Below, in pieces: positions 34,571 to 41,900 of a DNA stretch of 41,900 nucleotides (positions are counted from its first letter, which is position 1; each line of letters starts with the position of its first letter). The notes under the pieces were generated by a model, which was given only the letters and a program-made list of their open reading frames with translations, ran no database searches and was not told where the DNA came from. Origin of the DNA: Methanobacteriota archaeon (lineage in GTDB: Archaea > Methanobacteriota_B > Thermococci > Methanofastidiosales > Methanofastidiosaceae); NCBI GenBank assembly GCA_023622545.1, contig JAMNZA010000140.1, forward strand, positions 1 to 41,900, written 5' to 3'. The position numbers were made by a program, and so were the translations under genes.

Positions 34571-36349
34571 ATGAAAAGAGAACTTCTAATGGGCAATGAA
34601 GCTATTGCCTTAGGCGCTTTTGAGGCAGGAGTTGAAGTTGTTGCAGCCTATCCTGGAACTCCCTCCACAGAAATACCAGAAACAGCTGCACGATTCGCCA
34701 AACAATACGGTGCTTATGTTGAATTTTCTACTAATGAAAAAGTTGCCCTTGAAGTAGGTATAGGAGCATCTTGGGCCGGTAAGAGAGCTCTTGTTACAAT
34801 GAAACATGTAGGTGTGAACGTAGCAGCAGATTCATTAATGACATTGGCGTATACTGGTGTTAACGGAGGATTTGTCCTTGTTTCAGCAGATGAGCCAGAT
34901 TGCCATTCATCTCAAAATGAGCAGGACAATAGAATATTTGCTAGATTTGCTAATATTCCATGTCTTGATCCATCTTCCCCACAAGAATCCAGGGACATGA
35001 CTATATTTGCATATGATCTTTCAGAGAAATATTCCGTGCCTGTAATTTTAAGACCAACAACTAGAGTTTGTCATGGTAGAGGAGATGTTGAACTAGGAGA
35101 AATAAACATACAAAAGAGAGAAGGAAAATTCTCAAAAGACTTTTCAAGGTATGTCACAGTTCCATCACACGCTAGAATATTACATAAAAAACTCTTGGAA
35201 AAAATGGATAAGATTACCGAATATATTGAACAGTCTAATCTTAATTATGTTATACCTGGAAAAGGAAAAACAGGTGTTATTGTTATAGGCGCATCCTTCA
35301 ATTACTTAATGGAATCTCTCCAGATATTGAACACGAAACTTCCGATCCTAAAAATTGGCGTTTCACAACCTCTAACAAAGAATACCGTCCTTTCATTCAT
35401 AAAAGACCTTGAAAAAGTCATAATAATTGAAGAACTTGAACCTGTAATAGAAAATGATGTAAAAATCATAATTGCTGAAAATCAGTTGAACCTTAAGGTT
35501 TATGGAAAAAATTTATTTCCAAGAACAGGCGAGTTCTCTACTGATTTAGTCACAGAAATTCTTTCAAAATTCCTCAGGATAAATATTACTAAAGAACAAT
35601 CCAAATGCGTTCCAGTGCCAGTAAGGATGCCTTTATTATGCGCGGGTTGTCCTCACAGATCCACTTATTATGCAATAAAGAAAGTCACAAGGGGCAAGGC
35701 AATTTTCCCGTCAGATATAGGATGCTATACACTAGGTTATTCAAGACCTCTGCAGACAGTAGATACATGTATCGCCATGGGATCTAGTTTTGGAGTGGCA
35801 TGCGGATTTGCAAAGACCGTTAAAGAACCTATTGTTGCAACACTTGGGGATTCTACATTTTTCCATGCAGGTATCCCGCCATTAATTAATGCAAAATATA
35901 ACAATTCAAAGATTGTTGCAGTAATCCTTGATAACTTAACTACAGCAATGACTGGGCATCAGCCACATCCTGGGACGCAATTGACTGCAATGGGAGAGTC
36001 GGCGAGTCCAGTTTCAATAGAAAAATTGATTTCAGGAATGGATATACCTGTTGAAGTTGTTGACGCATATAATGTAAAAAGCATTGAAGAGGCCCTTAAG
36101 AGAGCTCTGGAAAGCGAAACAGTATACGCCATTATCTCTAGGGGCCCGTGCGTCCTTCTAAAAGGCCTTGAAAAGAAACCTGTTTATAAAGTAGATGTAA
36201 CAAAGTGCAGGTCTTGTAAGGCATGTATAAAGCTCTCAGGATGTCCTGCGCTAGAATTCAAAGATGGGCATTCTTATGTTAATCCTACCTTATGCACTGG
36301 ATGTGGCTTATGTGCCTATATCTGTCCCGTAGAAGCTATATATAAATAA
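34571..36349 (+). CDS. iorA: indolepyruvate:ferredoxin oxidoreductase alpha subunit
   Basis: N-terminus LLMGNEAIALGAFEAGVEVVAAYPGTPSTEI. A TPP-binding region (GDSTFFHAGIPPLINA) is present. The C-terminus has two ferredoxin-type clusters, CRSCKACIKLSGCP and CTGCGLCAYICP. A T-run follows the stop. Confidence 0.86.
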   Translation: MKRELLMGNEAIALGAFEAGVEVVAAYPGTPSTEIPETAARFAKQYGAYVEFSTNEKVALEVGIGASWAGKRALVTMKHVGVNVAADSLMTLAYTGVNGGFVLVSADEPDCHSSQNEQDNRIFARFANIPCLDPSSPQESRDMTIFAYDLSEKYSVPVILRPTTRVCHGRGDVELGEINIQKREGKFSKDFSRYVTVPSHARILHKKLLEKMDKITEYIEQSNLNYVIPGKGKTGVIVIGASFNYLMESLQILNTKLPILKIGVSQPLTKNTVLSFIKDLEKVIIIEELEPVIENDVKIIIAENQLNLKVYGKNLFPRTGEFSTDLVTEILSKFLRINITKEQSKCVPVPVRMPLLCAGCPHRSTYYAIKKVTRGKAIFPSDIGCYTLGYSRPLQTVDTCIAMGSSFGVACGFAKTVKEPIVATLGDSTFFHAGIPPLINAKYNNSKIVAVILDNLTTAMTGHQPHPGTQLTAMGESASPVSIEKLISGMDIPVEVVDAYNVKSIEEALKRALESETVYAIISRGPCVLLKGLEKKPVYKVDVTKCRSCKACIKLSGCPALEFKDGHSYVNPTLCTGCGLCAYICPVEAIYK

Positions 36350-36493
36350 TTTTTTTAAATATTTTTTATCATTAATTTTTTATTTACAATATTATATATT
36401 TTATATTTAATTATTGCTTACCAATATTGGATATATTTATATATCAGTATTGAGCCACTATTGCTAGTCAATGACTTACAATGAGGTGGTTCA

Positions 36494-37624
36494 ATGAAAA
36501 AAATTAATGCAATTATAATAAGCATGTTAATAGTGCTATCATATCTAGCTGTCTTAAATCCAATAAGTGCAGCTACACTGGACGTTGGTACAGGAAAAAC
36601 GTATGAAACAATCCAGGATGCAATCGAAAAAGCTTCAGAAGGCGATACGATTGAGATTTATTCTGGGACGTACAATGAAGATCTAAATATTACTAAGAAC
36701 AATTTAGTATTGAGATCTGCCACGGGTGCAAATGTCAAGATAAAAGACATCGAATACAATTCATCCTTACCACATATTAATATTACAGGAAACAATGTAA
36801 AACTAAATGGATTTACTATAGAGGGGCCTGAAGTCCCAGACGGAAACTGTTCAAAAGGAATTCTTGTTTTAGGAACTGATATCGAGATATCTAACAATAC
36901 CTTTGTTTCATTTGGTAAAGGCGCTTGCGTAGTTATCCAGACGGATTCTGATGCAAACTTATCCCTTAGAGATGTATCTGGACTTAATATTCATGACAAT
37001 AACTTCCAGGGTAATCCAGTTGATGGATACATTGGGATTAAGATAAACTATACAGATCCAAAATACTCAACTTTACCTGTAAATATACAGAAGAATTCAT
37101 TCACAGGAAATATATCATATGTCATAGTTACTGAAAGAAGCAATACAAACGTGATAAACAATCAGATGTCTAGCAGTGGCATCAGTACAATCGAGAGCAG
37201 CGGAATATTAATCTCTGATGCTAATAAGAAACCTCAGGAAGGAGTCAATGTTTATGGAAATATTATTAAGAATTTTAATACTGCCGGAATAATAGTCGGT
37301 GGAGATTCACAAGTTCTTAAGAACATTAACATAAATAACAACTTAATTCAGAATAACCAGATTGGGATTAAGACCAGAAGTTCAGCATCTGGAATAAAGG
37401 TAAACAACAACACAATATTATCTAACATGAAATATGAAGTACAGAATACTGACGGATATTCCCTAGATGCAAGATTAAACTGGTGGGGATCAAACGCTGG
37501 ACCCGTAAGATCAAAAATATCTGGAAACGTTACTTACCTACCTTGGGTAAAATACAGCGAGTTCCCTGAATCAAGTATCTCTAAAATATTAAAGAAAAAC
37601 CAGGATAAAAAGAATAGTAAATAA
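36494..37624 (+). CDS. secreted right-handed parallel beta-helix (PbH1/NosD-like) repeat protein, adhesin-like
   Basis: GAGGTGG lies upstream. The signal-like N-terminus is MKKINAIIISMLIVLSYLAVLNPISA. The entry motif is LDVGTGKTYETIQDAIEKASEGDTIEIYSGTYNE. Repeated N-rich beta-helix turns follow (I.NN.F, I..N.I). NWWGSNAGP lies near the C-terminus. Confidence 0.75.
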   Translation: MKKINAIIISMLIVLSYLAVLNPISAATLDVGTGKTYETIQDAIEKASEGDTIEIYSGTYNEDLNITKNNLVLRSATGANVKIKDIEYNSSLPHINITGNNVKLNGFTIEGPEVPDGNCSKGILVLGTDIEISNNTFVSFGKGACVVIQTDSDANLSLRDVSGLNIHDNNFQGNPVDGYIGIKINYTDPKYSTLPVNIQKNSFTGNISYVIVTERSNTNVINNQMSSSGISTIESSGILISDANKKPQEGVNVYGNIIKNFNTAGIIVGGDSQVLKNININNNLIQNNQIGIKTRSSASGIKVNNNTILSNMKYEVQNTDGYSLDARLNWWGSNAGPVRSKISGNVTYLPWVKYSEFPESSISKILKKNQDKKNSK

Positions 37625-37729
37625 TATCTGAATTTTTCTTTATATTATTTTTATTAATTCTTTTTAGTTATCCTTAAAAACTAATTCTTTTCTTTTATTA
37701 CTAATTATCATATTTTACAAGATGGTTTA

Positions 37730-38290
37730 ATGGAGTTATTTTCTGTCATTCTAATTGCAATCGGACTTTCTATGGACGCTTTGGCAGTGTCAGTTACAAG
37801 TTGAATACTCATAAAAAAACCAAGAGTTAAAGATGCATTAAAACTAGCTACTTCTTTTGGGGCATTCCAAGCAATTATGCCTTTGTTAGGATGGATTTCT
37901 GGAATAAAAATATACCGGTATATTTCAACATTTGACCACTGGCTAGCATTCTTTATTCTATTACTGATTGGAGTAAAGATTATTTACGAATCCTTGAAAC
38001 AGGAATCTAAAGATGAATCATTCAATCCACTTGATTTTAAAGTTTTGATGATACTATCGATAGCAACGAGTATTGATGCATTAGCAGTAAGTCTTAGTTT
38101 AGCTTTCCTTGAGATGGATATCATTGGGCCATTTTTGATTATAGGAGTTGTTACATTCATTATATGTTTCATGGGATTTTTTATAGGCGATAAATTTGGC
38201 CATTTATTTGAAAATAAGATTAAAATCCTTGGCGGAATTATTTTGATATTTATCGGATTTAGAATACTAGTTGAACATCTATTCTTCTAA
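37730..38290 (+). pseudogene. mntP: manganese efflux pump MntP family gene interrupted by an in-frame TGA at codon 25
   Basis: From ATG 37730: MELFSVILIAIGLSMDALAVSVTS, then TGA (37802-37804), then ILIKKPRVKDALKLATSFGAFQAIMPLLGW... in the same frame. The track ORF (37877-38290) is only the distal part. GLSMDA.AVS ... FG.FQ..MP..GW and the second SIDALAVSLS are the duplicated MntP motifs. Confidence 0.7.
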
Positions 38291-38385
38291 TTTATAAGAA
38301 ATGCTTTTATAGATTAAAGATAAATTTAGCTTAGTTTGGCACTTTTAGAAAAATAGAGCCATTAATAAATTCTTAAGGGCAAAAC

Positions 38386-39225
38386 ATGAAGCAGATAGAA
38401 GAACAAATTAATTATGGCAATCCTATTTTAATTGTTTCAGTGTATCTTGTCTTTGGAATTATTTGGGTATTATTTTCTGATGCTATATTGGCGATATTTA
38501 TCAAAGATATGTCAACATTGGTTTTTTTGCAAAGTATTAAAGGAATATTATTCATTTCCTTGACTTCATTGATTATTTATTATTTTATTAATCGTGGTTT
38601 TAATTCACTTAAATTTTCAAACATGTTCATCTCTGAAAATGAAAGGAAGCACAATATTATATTGGATACAGTTGGAGACATAATTGTCTATGTGGACAAA
38701 TATATGAAAATACTAGATGTCAACAAAAGAGTTGAAATAAAATTAGGCTATAAAAAAGAAGAATTATTGGGAAAAAGTTTCATGGATGTCGGTATACTAG
38801 ATGTTAAATACATCCCAGTACTAGCCAAAATGTTTAGACAAGGAATTGACAATAAAACAGGCGGTAGATTTGAACTTGAATTAAAACATAAAGATGGGAG
38901 TGTCATTGCAGTTGAAGCTAATAATAAATTCATCATTGATGATAATGAAATAATTGGTGCAGTAACCGCTTTTAGAGATATTACTGAGCGGAAAAAAGCA
39001 ATAGTTCAGATTGACCATAATATTGCTCATTTTGCCCATCTAATTGATCATATTAGAAATCCTTTAGCAATAATTAGCACTTTCACTCAAGTTAAGATTA
39101 AAGATCAGGTAGCTAAAGAAAAATTATTGGCACAGATTGATAGAATTGAGGCTATAATAAAACAACTTGATGAAGGCTGGATGGATTCAGAAGAAACAAG
39201 AAAATTCTTGAAAGATTATGATTAA
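38386..39225 (+). CDS. membrane-anchored PAS sensor with a HisKA-like phosphoacceptor helix but no kinase ATPase domain
   Basis: Two N-terminal TM helices. A PAS-like core follows (NIILDTVGDIIVYVDKYMKILDVNKR...GYKKEELLGKSF...DGSVIAVEAN...AVTAFRDITERKKA). Next comes an H-box-like FAHLIDHIRNPLAIIS. The protein ends about 60 aa later, and hypB converges 10 nt downstream. Confidence 0.72.
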   Translation: MKQIEEQINYGNPILIVSVYLVFGIIWVLFSDAILAIFIKDMSTLVFLQSIKGILFISLTSLIIYYFINRGFNSLKFSNMFISENERKHNIILDTVGDIIVYVDKYMKILDVNKRVEIKLGYKKEELLGKSFMDVGILDVKYIPVLAKMFRQGIDNKTGGRFELELKHKDGSVIAVEANNKFIIDDNEIIGAVTAFRDITERKKAIVQIDHNIAHFAHLIDHIRNPLAIISTFTQVKIKDQVAKEKLLAQIDRIEAIIKQLDEGWMDSEETRKFLKDYD

Positions 39226-39235
39226 TATCATTTAA

Positions 39236-39895
39236 TCAATCAAATAATTCTAACCATTCGTTTATTCTTATGTTCTTCTTCACAGATGTTTTTAATATTT
39301 TGATTCTTGGATTTAATGAGTGACAGTCTCTTTCCATTTTTTCTGGACTTGCATCAACAGCTTCTGCTATATCGATTTTGTTTATTATGCAAATATCAGA
39401 AAATCTGAAGATTGTTGGATGCTTTAAAACGATGTCATCCCCTTCACTTACACTAACTACGACTATTCTTTTGTCCTCACCCAATGTAAAATCTGAAGGG
39501 CATATTAAATTTCCAACATTTTCCATGAAAAGATAGTCAATGTCCTTTAATACACCCATCTCTTCCATATCTTCAAGTTCATGAGAAACTAAGTGGGCAT
39601 CAAGGTGGCATTCTTTTCCTGTGTTTAGAGGGATAACCAAACAATCATGTTTTCTAAATCTGTTTGAATCATATTCTGCAACTACATCACCTGCAATTAC
39701 GGCTACCTTCTTTCCTTTCTTTACAAGGTGATCAATAGCTATCTCAATAAGTGAAGTTTTTCCAGAACCAATGGCGCCCATGATATTATATGATCTTATA
39801 TTATACTTTTTTAAGAGAACTTTATTCTCTTCAGCAACATTAATGTTTTCTCTTATGATATCTTTTTCAATACTAATGTCTGAAGTTTTATGCAT
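39236..39895 (-). CDS. hypB: hydrogenase nickel-insertion GTPase HypB
   Basis: P-loop GAIGSGKTSLIE; CH metal-binding motif (KECHLDAH); ENVGNLICP; NKIDI (NKxD). The 219 aa are typical of archaeal HypB, which lacks a His-rich N-terminal tract. Confidence 0.92.
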   Translation of the reverse strand: MHKTSDISIEKDIIRENINVAEENKVLLKKYNIRSYNIMGAIGSGKTSLIEIAIDHLVKKGKKVAVIAGDVVAEYDSNRFRKHDCLVIPLNTGKECHLDAHLVSHELEDMEEMGVLKDIDYLFMENVGNLICPSDFTLGEDKRIVVVSVSEGDDIVLKHPTIFRFSDICIINKIDIAEAVDASPEKMERDCHSLNPRIKILKTSVKKNIRINEWLELFD

Positions 39896-40079
39896 GTTTT
39901 AGATAAATATAATTAATTTATATAAGTTGGTATTTCTAATATAACTTGGGCTCCGCTCAATTTAAGAAAATATTTGCAATTTCAAAATTTAAAAATCGTT
40001 TACCAAAAGATTTATATTGGTTAAATAAATTAGTTTTATAGTTTGCATCAACATATGATGTGGAGGGATTTATATTAGT

Positions 40080-41900
40080 ATGGCAGTTTCTGAGGGTTAC
40101 AACTATGATAAAATAAATAATACCGATTATGCAGAAGAGCCATTAAATTTATCAGATAATGCGACTAAAGTTTTAGAAAGGAGATATCTAAAAAAGGATC
40201 AAGAAGGAAATGTGATTGAAAATCCCAATGACCTTTTCTTGAGAGTAGCCAAAAGCATAGCCATTGCTGATTTAATTTATGATGAAAGTGCAGATATTGA
40301 AGGATTAACTAAAGATTTTTATGAGATGATGACGAGGTTTGAATTTCTCCCGAATTCACCTACACTAATGAATGCAGGAAGGGAGCTTGGCCAATTATCT
40401 GCTTGTTTTGTTTTACCGATTGATGATTCTATTGATAGTATTTTTGATGCTATAAAATATACGGCTTTAATTCATAAAAGTGGTGGGGGAACAGGGTTTT
40501 CATTTTCAAGACTTAGGCCAAAAAATGACGTAGTCCTCACAACTAAGGGGATATCAAGTGGGCCTGTTTCTTTTATGACAGTGTTTGATACTGCAACTGA
40601 AACAATTAAACAAGGCGGAACTAGAAGAGGGGCAAATATGGCAATCCTAAGGATTGACCACCCGGATATCCTAGAATTTATCAAGTGTAAAGAAGAAAAT
40701 AGTAAACTTAATAATTTTAATATTTCTGTGGCTGTCACTGATAAGTTCATAAAAGCATTTGAAAATGGAACTGACTATGATATTATCAACCCACGAACTG
40801 GAAAAGTTGAAGGCAAATTAAACGCCAAAGAGGTATTTGAACTTATTGTCAAGATGGCATGGAAAAATGGGGAGCCAGGAATTGTTTTCATTGATAGGCT
40901 TAACAGAGGAAATCCGACACCTGCTTTAGGTGAAATTGAAAGTACAAATCCTTGTGGTGAACAACCTCTCCTTCCCTATGAATCATGTAACCTTGGTTCA
41001 ATTAATCTCTCCAAATTTTTGAAGAACGGGAATAAGGGATATGAAATTGATTTTGATCATTTAAGGGATGTAATCAAGAAATCTGTTCATTTTCTTGACA
41101 ATGTTATTGATGTTAACAGGTACCCACTCGCTCAAATAGAGGAGATGACAAAGGGTAACAGGAAGATAGGCCTTGGAGTTATGGGTTTTGCTGATATGCT
41201 TCTAAGATTAGGAGTTCCATATAATTCGGAAGAAGCAGTTGATATCGCAAAGACAGTAATGAAATTTATCAAAGAAGAAGCTACAGAAATGTCAAGAGAA
41301 CTTTCTTCAAAGAGAGGGCCATTTCCAAACTATGAAAAAAGTGTTTTCTATGGAAGGGGAGAAGCACCAATCAGGAATGCCACAGTCACAACTATAGCTC
41401 CGACAGGGACAATAAGTCTAATATCGGGATGCTCTAGCGGTATAGAGCCAATTTTTGCAATATCTTATATCAGAAATGTTATGGATAAAGATGAGCTTTT
41501 AGAAATTAATCCTGTTTTTGAGGAATATTCAAGAAAGAAAGGCATTTACAGTTCTGAATTAATGAAAAAAATCGCTAATGAAGGTTCTTTGAAAAACATA
41601 GTGGATTTACCTGAGGAAATTAAAAAAGTATTTGTCACCGCGCATGATATCACTCCTGAGTGGCATATAAGGATACAAGCGGCTTTCCAAGAATATACAG
41701 ACAACGCTGTTTCAAAGACAATTAACTTCCCAAAAAGTGCTACAGAAAATGAGGTCATGCAATCATATCTTTTAGCATACAGAAGCGGTCTTAAAGGCAC
41801 AACAATTTATAGAGATGGGTCAAGAGATGCTCAAGTTCTCAACATTGGAACTGTAAATAAAAAAGATCCTATTAGTACTACTACTATACAAAAGGCACCT
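40080..41900 (+). CDS. nrdJ: adenosylcobalamin-dependent (class II) ribonucleotide reductase, 5'-partial (runs off the window)
   Basis: Not in the ORF track because there is no stop in the window. ATG 40080 lies 13 nt after [71 protein letters not shown] and TIAPTGT are collinear with NrdJ/class II RNR. The frame is open for 607 codons to the window end, and no intein-like insertion is seen. Confidence 0.93.
   Translation, partial: MAVSEGYNYDKINNTDYAEEPLNLSDNATKVLERRYLKKDQEGNVIENPNDLFLRVAKSIAIADLIYDESADIEGLTKDFYEMMTRFEFLPNSPTLMNAGRELGQLSACFVLPIDDSIDSIFDAIKYTALIHKSGGGTGFSFSRLRPKNDVVLTTKGISSGPVSFMTVFDTATETIKQGGTRRGANMAILRIDHPDILEFIKCKEENSKLNNFNISVAVTDKFIKAFENGTDYDIINPRTGKVEGKLNAKEVFELIVKMAWKNGEPGIVFIDRLNRGNPTPALGEIESTNPCGEQPLLPYESCNLGSINLSKFLKNGNKGYEIDFDHLRDVIKKSVHFLDNVIDVNRYPLAQIEEMTKGNRKIGLGVMGFADMLLRLGVPYNSEEAVDIAKTVMKFIKEEATEMSRELSSKRGPFPNYEKSVFYGRGEAPIRNATVTTIAPTGTISLISGCSSGIEPIFAISYIRNVMDKDELLEINPVFEEYSRKKGIYSSELMKKIANEGSLKNIVDLPEEIKKVFVTAHDITPEWHIRIQAAFQEYTDNAVSKTINFPKSATENEVMQSYLLAYRSGLKGTTIYRDGSRDAQVLNIGTVNKKDPISTTTIQKAP

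Noticed and set aside
37802-37804. The in-frame TGA in mntP as a selenocysteine codon, or as a sign of a reassigned genetic code
   Set aside because: The position aligns with a structural Gly in a TM segment, not a redox Cys. No stable GC-rich hairpin resembling an archaeal 3'-UTR SECIS is apparent after 38290. Several other genes in the window clearly stop at TGA.
1-41900. CRISPR arrays, rRNA genes, IS elements, and large direct or inverted repeats
   Set aside because: Reading through all intergenic regions (all under 240 bp and AT-rich) showed no regularly spaced repeats and no structured GC-rich RNA-like segments. An exhaustive repeat search by computer is still advisable.
40080-41900. 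An intein or insertion in the class II ribonucleotide reductase
   Set aside because: The translated sequence is contiguous through all conserved blocks I recognise, with no extra domain after the catalytic Cys regions. Only the first 607 codons are visible, so a C-terminal intein cannot be excluded.

Overview
AT-rich archaeal (euryarchaeal-type) chromosomal segment. It is densely coded on both strands, with Shine-Dalgarno-like GGTG/GAGG motifs, tight or overlapping gene junctions and oligo-T tracts after genes. All family calls were made by eye from motifs and from remembered family consensus, with no searches run. Recognisable housekeeping genes: four tRNAs (Ala-CGC, Val-CAC, Met/Ile2-CAT, Asn-GTT), argG-argH, a short homocitrate/isopropylmalate synthase, an acetolactate-synthase-like TPP enzyme, a phosphoglycerate-dehydrogenase-like enzyme, thermosome, UvrA, a Lon-like protease, superoxide reductase, IorA, HypB and a 5'-partial class II ribonucleotide reductase. 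A TiaS-kinase-domain-like protein resembling 'methanogenesis marker 11', the AksA-like synthase and HypB hint at a methanogen or close relative, but this is unproven. Accessory content includes a class II Fic protein, several cell-surface proteins (a PQQ-like propeller with cytoplasmic zinc ribbons, an FG-GAP propeller, a parallel beta-helix protein) and a three-gene membrane operon of unknown function. The most interesting locus is an abutted LuxE-like acyl-protein synthetase / LuxC-like acyl-CoA reductase pair, divergent from a MenA/UbiA-like prenyltransferase (19.3-23.2 kb). Three small genes or gene parts missing from the ORF track were found by hand: Trm112 (12222-12380), a stand-alone desulforedoxin (33920-34045) and the N-terminus of mntP. 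Two transporter genes look disrupted: an in-frame TGA in mntP and a frameshift in an MFS gene. No CRISPR array, integrase, transposase or rRNA was seen.
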